The position numbers and the translations under genes were made by a program. Positions 25,541 to 34,860 of a stretch of DNA of 64,000 bases are shown piece after piece. Below the pieces are notes generated by a model that had not been told where the DNA came from, searched no databases, and was given only the letters and a program-made list of their open reading frames with translations. The stretch spans positions 1,194,258 to 1,258,257 of the forward strand of contig NW_005434670.1 in assembly GCF_000315625.1 (NCBI RefSeq), read 5' to 3'. Within the stretch, counting starts at the first letter, position 1. Each line of letters starts with the position of its first letter. The DNA is from Guillardia theta CCMP2712 (taxonomy: Eukaryota > Protista > Cryptophyta).

Positions 25541-26194
25541 CTTATGACACAGATGCCTTGTTTCTGCATGGAGAGAGTCTCCCTTCAGCGTCCCAACTTC
25601 AGCTCCGTCGGTTTGTCTGATTCGTGCTCCCTGAATCCTTTGTCTGACTCTCTCCACCTCCTTTGCCCAAGCACTTCTCCGTATTGTCTTCCATTTCTTC
25701 CACCTCCTTTCCCTTCTCATCTTTTGCTTTGTGTGCATGTGTTGACATGGTTCTTCGGCAGGGCAGTCTCGCCATGCTCGTCTCCTGGATTGGCCGATCT
25801 GTCGGAAACCCTTTAGTTGCATTGTACGACGGAGGGTTTGCTGCATCCTTCCTGTCATGGCGATCGGCCTTCTCCTGAGAAACAGAGGGTTTGCAACCTG
25901 AGGCCCAATAGAAACAACGTGATTGAATCGAAATAGTCCTTGAGTGACATTCCAGAGAACAGAGGAGAACGAGTTGCGACTCGATCTTGTCACTACCAGT
26001 TATCGCACTCAGGTAAAAGCGCTCCGGCGCTCATGTTCAGCAGCATGTCATGCAACCCTGCTGATGTGAAGGAAGCAAGAAGCATACCCTATCATTTCAG
26101 TGATCTTCCCCTTCGGTTTCGCAAAAAAAATGCCTTTTGTAGTGGATGATTGTCCTCGTACGGACGATCAAGTTGTTGTTTGTCGCGTCAATCA

Positions 26195-26583
26195 TGATGT
26201 TGCACCCGCATGACGTTACGTCAGTAACGGACATGGCAGCATCATGCGAGTAGTCGCAAGAGGCTACGTACGCTGGCGAGGTGTATAATGCTAGAATCGA
26301 AGATGTGTACTGGACGTAGACGTACGTACAACACATTGGTATGATGAAAGCATGAGGCTGGTATAAACCGATACACATGTTTACTCATTGCTGTATTACG
26401 GGTTAAGCCTGACCTCGACATATAAGCAACCCATCTTAGACGTTGGCCACGTCATCGGAATGGGATTGCACGAACATTGACGTGTGTTCTCTTACTGCTG
26501 TACATAAACAAATCTAGCTTCATTGTTCATCTGTTCTACTCCTAAGTGCACTATCGCTCAGTTGCTGGACTATACCCGCATCA
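26195..26583 (+). repeat. Element A 5' LTR (389 bp)
   Basis: Matches 33603-33775 + 42937-43152 (173 + 216 = 389 bp), no differences seen by eye. Confidence 0.97.
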
Positions 26584-26594
26584 GGTTATGAGCC
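26584..26594 (+). promoter_or_regulatory. Primer-binding site complementary to the tRNA-iMet anticodon arm (half-tRNA priming, Ty5/copia type)
   Basis: GGTTATGAGCC directly after the LTR-terminal CA; reverse complement of GGCUCAUAACC. Confidence 0.88.
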
Positions 26595-29500
26595 TCGCGT
26601 TAAAGGAACAGATGTCACCATACCGTCTACAATGGCCGCCAATCAATCAGCCTCAGGACTCGATGATTACAGCAGTAACACCCGAGAATATGCAAAGACT
26701 TGCCCCAGATATCGAGAACTTTATACAGTTCGAGTTGATAGGGCAATACTATGCATACCTCAACTCTGAAGGGAATCCAGAAAACATGAGAGCCTACTTC
26801 GATTGTCATTTTCCCATCAGAGATACTCAATCAGAAGAATTACAGGAAAACATGAGACAGAAAAGGAGAGAATTTGTACGAGAAGCAGATGCTGCTTTGA
26901 CGCAAATCCTCCACACTGTTTACATGCAATGCCCTGGCAGGATTCAGATTCTGAAAGCCCACATGGAAGAAGAACACAAATCCCCCGAGACGCCTACAAA
27001 GCTTTGCTTAGCTGGGATCAAGGCATGGACAGACTTTAAAAGACTAGACAAGCCAACCGAAGCAACAAAAGCTGAACAGACCCTTGCCAATCTCAAAGAA
27101 CTAGAGCAAGCAGTAATCTACAACGGAGACTACCAGAGTTACATCCCCAATGTGGTTAGGACCTTGAAGAAATTTGCTTCACAAGGCAAAGACTGCACTT
27201 TTATCTACACCCGTGCTTTCAAAGACGTTATCGACAACCTCAGAGCAATCGACGAAACGGGCGTTCAAGCAGAACTAGGTAGTTGGATAACATCTCAAAT
27301 CCATCGCAACGCAACGGAAGAAAATTTCTTCTACGAAGGAGAGCCACAGATTGAAGATTTTTTGAAATTCCATCAACATATGATGAACTTCACTACCAGA
27401 GGCACGAAACACCCAATACCTATCCTTCAAGCAGGACAAGAAAGCTCTGGCAAGAAATCAACAGAAGCACATCATTCAGGTCAGAAACGAAAGGCGAACG
27501 CCGTGTTTTCAGCCTCCATCAAGCAAAACAATACACCACAGAAAATCAGGAGACAACAACAAGAAAACTTTACTGGATGCAAAATCTGCAAAGAAAAACG
27601 ACTTCCAGCAAGGATTTCTCTCAGTCACGCTACCAGCGAGCATGACGCATCTAGGATCGGAGAAAGAGCCACTGGCAATAAAACAGCGCCAACCATGAAG
27701 AGGATCACAGGAAGCATTTCAACCGGTTTTCAGACAAGGGCAGGAAGATCCGCAAAATTTACCGCCAAGAGTCATCGCTCGTCGAACCCAAACCGTTCAA
27801 ACGAGGAGAGCGGACAATACCCGAAGTCAAAATACAAGCAAACAGTCAGCATCGACAAGAAGGTCCTCGTGAACCTCACAAAAGCGCTGCAAGAAGCCAC
27901 CTCTACCGACCAAACCGAAACCCAAGAATCCGTTCAAGAATCACCTAGCAGTGATGAAGACGAATCCGATGAACCGTCCTCATCTCGAACACCTCCGAAA
28001 CGACTGAAAGAAGTCGTAAAAGAGACGTTCCGAGGCACACTAGGACGCAGTTCTAGAAAGAATAAATCTCCCAAGGAGTATCCCTGTTCTAAAAATTATG
28101 TTGTATATCAAAGTGATACCAGGTCGAAAACTGACGAGATCCAACTGCACAAGCTTGATGCAGCTCTGTTCTCAAAAGTTTCAAAACCATGGTACCTTGA
28201 ATACATCTTTCATATACCCAGACTACTGATCAGGAACACTGATCGGTATCAAGTTTTCCTACACGCGTTAAAAGCGAAAGAACAACAAGAGTCCCTGTAC
28301 GCTATTGTCGACTCAGGTGCAACTGTAAGCGTACTCTGCAATCCAAGTTGGTTACAGAGATCGTTTACACACAAAACTGAGATCACCGGCGTGGGGGGCA
28401 GCAAGATCAATACATCGCTCGGAGGAATTCTAGCAGGAACGATAGCATCAATCGAAGGAAAACGTTTTGCATTTGCAACTATAGCAACAGTAATCAGCGA
28501 CGAAAATGCTAAAATCAACCTGTTATCCATCTGGCGAATTACAAATAGTGGTCATACAATAATCCACAAAGGTAAACCAGAAGGAGGACTACACGGAATC
28601 ATTACACTCAACAATGAATTTATACCTTTCTACTTCTGCCCAAGCACCTACCTATGGTACGTCGAAATTCAAAGACCAAACAGGAAGACCAATAAGATAA
28701 TCTCCAAGCTATCAGCAAAAACCATCTGGGATAAAGACACAATTCTCAGAGAAATTCAAGAAGGCGAAATACCACTCACGGCAACAATCAAGGAGTCAAC
28801 ACAAACGACAAATACACAAAGTACATCAAAACGCAGAATCCACCTGATCATCCATGGCGCAAGATTGGAGAGCGTACCTCGTTGGGGGGGAAGCATCCAC
28901 ATCTACCAAGCTGCGATGCAGGGGGAGAGCACAACTTCGGCAACAGCTTTCAAGCCCACGCACATGAAGACCTTTCCTATCAGCATGCGAGATGTACGAC
29001 CTGAATTAGACACGTCAGAAGAGTCAGACAGTGAAAATGGAGAGACCTTGGACAGTTGCAGCAGCTCCGATGACGAGCTGATGACTACTGACAACACTCC
29101 ATTAGAACCTGCAAGACAATTCACGACGGAAGAGATTCAACAGCAAACCAAGGAGTATCTTAACGATCCAAGATCATTTACAGATTTTGACGACTTTACA
29201 AACACAACGATCGAAGAACTTGACGAAAACGACAAGGAATACGAAGAACAATTGAAGAATGACAAATCAGATCTCAAGAATATTTACCTATATTCAACGG
29301 GAGAACGCATCAAAGGAACAAGAGCATCAGCGATTCTGCTCAAGTGGCACGTAAGAACCAACCACATCGGCAAGAAATACCTTTTCCAACTGGCAGAAAA
29401 CATCGAAGGCATGGAGGAATTGAAGAGAATCAATCCAAAAACACCCCTGCCGACATGTCACACATGCCGCAGAGCGAAAACCAAGGCAGCTCCATTACCA

Positions 29501-32500
29501 AAATTCAGACACAAAAGATCCGATGTCAGATTTCACAGGCTGCATGGGGATATGAGCTCCTATCGAGTCCGCTCGATCGAAGGAGCAAAGTACCTCCAAC
29601 TCTGGAAAGACGACTTCTCAGGATTCAAGATGCCTGTAGGTTTAGCGAGCAAGAAAGGTTACAGGAAATCGTTACGACTTGTTGTCACGAGATTCAACAA
29701 TGGGGTCTACCCCAAAGTGATTCGAGTTGACAATGGGAGCGAAATGGTTTCAAAGAAATCACTGAAGATGTACGAGAAGCACAACATCCACCTAGAAAGA
29801 AGCGCACCATATGAGCATTGGCAAAATGGAAGAGCTGAATCTGGAATCTACTCGTTAGATACAAGGACTAGATTGGCAATCGTACACTCAAACGTTCCGA
29901 AAAATCTCTGGCTCAGCGCTATATATTACAACGCAGAGATCGAGAATGCATTCCTTCCTACCAGCAGAAACTCAAACATCAGTTGCTACCAAGCGTTTAC
30001 AGGTACATCACCAAACGCAGAACACTTCCATCCATTCGGTTGCCTCTGCTACGTTCATATCCTAAAGGACAGAAGATTAGATCAAAAGAAAGACAAAAAA
30101 CTCGAGCCAACAGCAGAAGTTTGCGTGTTTCTTGGCTTCGCCCACCACCTAGGAATGAAAGGTTATTTGGCAGCAGCACTGAATGGGAAACAACTGTACG
30201 TCACACAGAACAATATAAGTTTCAACGAAGAAGTATTCCCCTACAGATTTTCTCACCCGGAGGACAGATCTTGGAAAATACCATACGGCGGAACTGATGA
30301 TTTTGGCGACGACAACGTCATTGTGCTCAAAAGAGCCGGTGAACGATTGATCGAAATGTCAGATACATCAGACGCATCAGATTCAGAATCTGAAGATGCC
30401 GGTGGAAACTCCAGCGCCCAACCTGAAGAAAGAAATCGACGACCGTTTGCAGATCAACAACATGGCATAGCACACAATGATCCCATGGTGATCCAAGTGA
30501 GGCAACAAGCTATTGAAGTTGACAACCATCTCACGAGAACCTGTTCTGAGACATCAGTTGTAAGAGAGAGTGATATCACACAAGACGAACAAGTAGCGGT
30601 GGATCCAGGACTATCAGAAAGAGGGCACATGAACCGTGAACTAGCCAGTCTTCAAGTCGAAACCTACAACAGTGGTGAAAAGGATTTTGAGTGGGATAAA
30701 CTCACCCAAATACCTGAACATCAACTGAGGTCAGGACGAATTGTACAGAAGACGAATGTGGACACACCGACAAGTGATTCAGACCACGAAGACAATGATC
30801 TTCCAGCAGGAATTGAAGAGTTCGACAATCAAGACTTCATCAATGCGACACTACTTCCCTTAACGAAGCGACAATACTGTGGAGTACTTGTCGACACATA
30901 CAATAACCTGGAAGAGAAAATCATGACATGGTCACACGGGCCACCACAACGAAACATGTACAACGAAAATCATTACAACGAAGAAATCGACAGCTTGATG
31001 TCTTTTCTTCAAGGATGCAAGAAAGATGAAAGAAGAGAATCAAGGATACAAAAAGCTCAACTATTCTACACAGGCATGTTGTCGGCAACCAGCCATATCG
31101 CGTTTGACAATGACGAACCAAGCATCAAAGAAGCTCTCAACAACAACAACCCAGAGAGACACCATTGGATAACAGCAATTCAGTCAGAGGCACGATCATG
31201 GAACGGACTAAAAGTATTCGAAGAAGTCGACAACATCCCAGACGGAAGAAAGGCAATCGGATGCAGAATCATCCTTAAAAGGAAAAGAGGACCGAATGGA
31301 GAAGTATTGAAATACAAGGCAAGAGCGATCATACAAGGTTACAACGCGGTACAAGGGATCGATTACCTCGACTCCTTCTCAGCGACAGCGAACCCAGTTA
31401 CGATCAGACTCCTTCTGACAATCGCCAGAGCAAACAAATGGCACGTCAGATGTCAAGATATCTCAACTGCATACCTGATGGCACCACTTCCTACAGTTGT
31501 ATATATCAGGACCCCAAAGGAATTTCAAGAGTTCTGCAACATTAGAGCAGCATACTTGAAGATCCTGAGTTCAGTCTATGGACTTCCTTCATCAGGTCGA
31601 AACTTCTGGAAGAAGCTCTGCCAAGACCTACGCGATTTCGGTTTCAAAGCCTGCACGTCAGATGATTGTTTGTTTCTATATCATGACGAGCAAGGGGAAG
31701 AGATCATCATCGCATTAGTAGTCGACGACATCATCCAAGCTAGCAACAGCCAAGCACTATTTGCAAAGTTCGACGACTTCATGATGAACACAAAAGGATA
31801 CAGCGTAACAACTGACAACGATCTTAGCTTCTATCTGGGAGTCGCGTACAAGAGGGACGAAGCTGGAGACTTCATCAGCAACCAGCAAGCGTACATCGAA
31901 AAATGTTTGAAAAGATTCAACCTTGAGGGGATCGACCCTACAGGGAAATTCACCACGCCAATGGATCCCAAGTTCGTGATCGAACCAGAAGACGTTGATC
32001 CGCACGCGCCTGAAGACTTAGTCAAAATTTACAGAAGCCAAGTAGCAAGTCTGATATACATAGCAACATGGTCAAGACCAGAAATCAGCTATGCAGTATC
32101 ATTGCTATCAAGATATCTCACAAGTCCTACGAAGAAACTGTTAATGGCAGTGCACAGAGTATACGCTTATCTCAAGAACACCAAGACACTAGGAATCAGA
32201 TACACCGACAACGATGACAACGGACACAAGAAAATGGAACTAGTCGCATTCTGCGATAGCTCAGACGCCGATTGCAAGCTCACAAGCAGATCAACCGGTG
32301 GATACGTCATTTTCCTCAATGGGACACCAATCTCATGGAAATCAGCAAGACACAACACAGTCTCACTGTCTACCATGGAAAGCGAATACATCCAAAGCAC
32401 GCTTACAGCTATCGAGATTTTGTACTTGCGAGAGACGCTCGAGTTCATGGGATACAAGCAACCTACGACGATATGCTATCAAGACAACGCCGCCTGCATC

Positions 32501-32734
32501 AAGCTCAGCGAGAATCCCGTCAGCAAGAGCAGATCGAAACACATCAAGAGAAGACACCACTTCATACGACAATGCGTTGCCAACAAGGAGATCACCTTGG
32601 AAGCAATTCATACAAGCGAGCAAGTTGCTGATATATTCACAAAACCGCTGCCCGCTGATCAGTTTCTCTACCTAAGAGACCAATTGTTGAACCTCCCTGA
32701 AGCAATACGCTATCAAAGGAAAACAAAAAAGTAA
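26588..32734 (+). CDS. Element A single gag-pol polyprotein (~2048 aa)
   Basis: Protease IVDSGAT; IN WHVRTNH..CHTC, LHGD..RVDNGSE..NGRAE; RT KYKARAIIQG, QDISTAYL, VYGLPSSGR, LVVDDI; RNase H FCDSS, STMESEY, YQDNAAC, VADIFTKPL. Confidence 0.96.
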   Translation: MSLALKEQMSPYRLQWPPINQPQDSMITAVTPENMQRLAPDIENFIQFELIGQYYAYLNSEGNPENMRAYFDCHFPIRDTQSEELQENMRQKRREFVREADAALTQILHTVYMQCPGRIQILKAHMEEEHKSPETPTKLCLAGIKAWTDFKRLDKPTEATKAEQTLANLKELEQAVIYNGDYQSYIPNVVRTLKKFASQGKDCTFIYTRAFKDVIDNLRAIDETGVQAELGSWITSQIHRNATEENFFYEGEPQIEDFLKFHQHMMNFTTRGTKHPIPILQAGQESSGKKSTEAHHSGQKRKANAVFSASIKQNNTPQKIRRQQQENFTGCKICKEKRLPARISLSHATSEHDASRIGERATGNKTAPTMKRITGSISTGFQTRAGRSAKFTAKSHRSSNPNRSNEESGQYPKSKYKQTVSIDKKVLVNLTKALQEATSTDQTETQESVQESPSSDEDESDEPSSSRTPPKRLKEVVKETFRGTLGRSSRKNKSPKEYPCSKNYVVYQSDTRSKTDEIQLHKLDAALFSKVSKPWYLEYIFHIPRLLIRNTDRYQVFLHALKAKEQQESLYAIVDSGATVSVLCNPSWLQRSFTHKTEITGVGGSKINTSLGGILAGTIASIEGKRFAFATIATVISDENAKINLLSIWRITNSGHTIIHKGKPEGGLHGIITLNNEFIPFYFCPSTYLWYVEIQRPNRKTNKIISKLSAKTIWDKDTILREIQEGEIPLTATIKESTQTTNTQSTSKRRIHLIIHGARLESVPRWGGSIHIYQAAMQGESTTSATAFKPTHMKTFPISMRDVRPELDTSEESDSENGETLDSCSSSDDELMTTDNTPLEPARQFTTEEIQQQTKEYLNDPRSFTDFDDFTNTTIEELDENDKEYEEQLKNDKSDLKNIYLYSTGERIKGTRASAILLKWHVRTNHIGKKYLFQLAENIEGMEELKRINPKTPLPTCHTCRRAKTKAAPLPKFRHKRSDVRFHRLHGDMSSYRVRSIEGAKYLQLWKDDFSGFKMPVGLASKKGYRKSLRLVVTRFNNGVYPKVIRVDNGSEMVSKKSLKMYEKHNIHLERSAPYEHWQNGRAESGIYSLDTRTRLAIVHSNVPKNLWLSAIYYNAEIENAFLPTSRNSNISCYQAFTGTSPNAEHFHPFGCLCYVHILKDRRLDQKKDKKLEPTAEVCVFLGFAHHLGMKGYLAAALNGKQLYVTQNNISFNEEVFPYRFSHPEDRSWKIPYGGTDDFGDDNVIVLKRAGERLIEMSDTSDASDSESEDAGGNSSAQPEERNRRPFADQQHGIAHNDPMVIQVRQQAIEVDNHLTRTCSETSVVRESDITQDEQVAVDPGLSERGHMNRELASLQVETYNSGEKDFEWDKLTQIPEHQLRSGRIVQKTNVDTPTSDSDHEDNDLPAGIEEFDNQDFINATLLPLTKRQYCGVLVDTYNNLEEKIMTWSHGPPQRNMYNENHYNEEIDSLMSFLQGCKKDERRESRIQKAQLFYTGMLSATSHIAFDNDEPSIKEALNNNNPERHHWITAIQSEARSWNGLKVFEEVDNIPDGRKAIGCRIILKRKRGPNGEVLKYKARAIIQGYNAVQGIDYLDSFSATANPVTIRLLLTIARANKWHVRCQDISTAYLMAPLPTVVYIRTPKEFQEFCNIRAAYLKILSSVYGLPSSGRNFWKKLCQDLRDFGFKACTSDDCLFLYHDEQGEEIIIALVVDDIIQASNSQALFAKFDDFMMNTKGYSVTTDNDLSFYLGVAYKRDEAGDFISNQQAYIEKCLKRFNLEGIDPTGKFTTPMDPKFVIEPEDVDPHAPEDLVKIYRSQVASLIYIATWSRPEISYAVSLLSRYLTSPTKKLLMAVHRVYAYLKNTKTLGIRYTDNDDNGHKKMELVAFCDSSDADCKLTSRSTGGYVIFLNGTPISWKSARHNTVSLSTMESEYIQSTLTAIEILYLRETLEFMGYKQPTTICYQDNAACIKLSENPVSKSRSKHIKRRHHFIRQCVANKEITLEAIHTSEQVADIFTKPLPADQFLYLRDQLLNLPEAIRYQRKTKK

Positions 32735-33602
32735 TTCATACGATGATTACCTTTGGTAATTTTCAAAATGAATAAACTTTTCTCAAACTTGTCTAAGATC
32801 CTTCGAAGGACAAAGACGCATACGCGAAGTGCTGAGCGCCTCTGGACTGTTCTAGTACCAGGGAGTAGCATAGTACAAGCGAAACCATAAGCATGTGGCA
32901 CAACTTGAGCATCCCTGGGGCATTGCGACTTCAGTGGGTAGTGATAGTTGCTTGCAAACGCAAATGGACATGGGAGAAAGGAGTAAGAGTTTCATAGCAC
33001 AGCTTCCCCATAGTGCATGGGCTGATATGGTGACATGGAAACATGATTGCTAATCAGGGCGATGGCGCGTAACATGATTTCTTTTGAAACATGGAAACGT
33101 ACTCTTCGTTAACTCACTACGTGGGTAACCGGCGTGTAGCAAAATGCTGCATAGCTGCTCTAAACTTCCATTGAAGCTAGTTGATGATGCGAAAAGCTAC
33201 ATCAGGGTTTGGAATTGCTTACCCCACACAATCAGCAGTGTGTGAAAGGCAATCCAACGTCTCGTTACCTCAAAAATGCTACACGCAATTCCTCACGTGC
33301 ATCCACAAAATGCTACGAAGGAAACGTAAAAGCATGTGGAAACGACGTGTTATGCTCACTGAAAGGCATATGAATGCATGTATGACTTTGGAACCTATGT
33401 CATTTGCTGAAACGTACTGGGAACTCACCGTCCTGGGCCACATTTGCATTTTGGCTTTCTGCCATTTTCGCATTTTGTTGGTTAGTTCGCGAAGAGACAA
33501 AGGGAGACCCTCATACAGCACCAGAATCGTTGGGTCGGTCCCGGTGTTGCATAAATCAATGCTCTCACGCAGTGACGACACTGAGTTTCGAGCAAGGGGG
33601 AG

Positions 33603-33775
33603 TGATGTTGCACCCGCATGACGTTACGTCAGTAACGGACATGGCAGCATCATGCGAGTAGTCGCAAGAGGCTACGTACGCTGGCGAGGTGTATAATGCT
33701 AGAATCGAAGATGTGTACTGGACGTAGACGTACGTACAACACATTGGTATGATGAAAGCATGAGGCTGGTATAAA
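33603..33775 (+). repeat. Element A 3' LTR, left part
   Basis: Same sequence as 26195-26367; ends in ATAAA, the TSD of element B. Confidence 0.96.
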
Positions 33776-34699
33776 TGTTGAAGCACCTGATAGGAGGAAG
33801 CTTCACCTCAGACAATGCCAAGTAATCGACGTGGCTCAAGTGCACAGATGCTTAGAGCCTCGGAATGCATCCCTGGAGAGGACAGCAACAGCTACAATAA
33901 GGACGACGTAGGAGAATCATGAAGAAGACAGCAAGAACTTAGGAATCGTGGATGGCAGCAGGAGATAAGCGAGCCAGCTTATATCAGTCCACGACAGGAC
34001 AGCAGATGACACGGTGGCAGGATATGGCTACACTCAAGGGGAGATTGGAAGTATCACCCCTGAAGTCATGGACATGGGAGAACAAGGGGTCTGATCAAAG
34101 AAGACAGTACTATCATGATCATCTTAGCGGAGGACATACAAGGAATGCACGAGACCACCTCCAAGCATGCTCCTACGGAGACACAGGACCTGTCAAGGTC
34201 AAGGGAGCAGCTACATCAACTTCACAGAGAGCGTTGGATGAGAATCGAAGACCTCGTCATGTCAAGCCTATGACTCTTTCTCAGGGGACCCTCAAGGTAC
34301 GGAACCAGGCCTCGGACCGGTCGAAGAATCATATCGCAGATAAGAAGCGTAGAGTACCGGTAGTGGTAGTTCCTAGGACCGGGCAGCCCCTATTTTAGGG
34401 ACCGAGGAAGAGGAAGAAGGGCCGCACGCATTGGCAGGACAGGGAAAGGAGAACGAGGTGTACAGTCTCTGTGAGACTGGGTTGCTTGAAGTAAACAAGC
34501 TTGACCATCTATACCAATCTCTTATCTCCTCCGTTTGTTCTCTGTATCCTGATATCATTCCTGCGTGGCCACCATTCGTGATATCTATTACCGCTGCTAC
34601 AGAAACTTGCAGTCGGTGCTATCACTGTCTACTTCGGGTGTCACTGCTACTGTGACTGTGTCACCGTCTGTGGAGAGAAGGTTACTGGGAACTTCAACA
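33776..34699 (+). repeat. Element B 5' LTR (924 bp)
   Basis: Repeated at 42008-42931 with a constant offset of 8232; internal ORF translations are identical. Confidence 0.97.
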
Positions 34700-34751
34700 T
34701 ATTCTAAAAATTTTAGAATATCAGTGCCTAGATATTCTATTTCTCGAGAAA
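34699..34751 (+). promoter_or_regulatory. Hairpin/palindrome cluster at the PBS position of element B
   Basis: ATATTCTAAAA-A-TTTTAGAATAT (34699-34721); alternative stem TAGAATATC/GATATTCTA (34714-34739); palindrome TTTCTCGAGAAA (34740-34751). Function is inferred. Confidence 0.7.
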
Positions 34752-34860
34752 CCTTGTATCACGGCAACCAGTGGACTCTTACTCTCACATTCGGAGTGAC
34801 ATCAGCGGGAGAGTATCTGTGGAGTGACAACGGTAGTAACAGCTGAGCCTGGAATCAAAC

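Noticed and set aside
28880-28930. Internal AGGGGGAG matching element A's PPT (possible central PPT)
   Set aside because: Only 8 nt, lies upstream of the integrase rather than centrally, and could be chance.
33952-34398. 148-aa ORF duplicated at 42184-42630
   Set aside because: Duplicated only because it lies in element B's LTR; no recognisable motif, so not called as a gene.
34388-34400. LTR sequence TATTTTAGGG as a Tf1-style self-primer for element B
   Set aside because: Only 6 Watson-Crick pairs plus wobble with the PBS-position sequence, weaker than the adjacent perfect hairpin, and the TSS is unknown.
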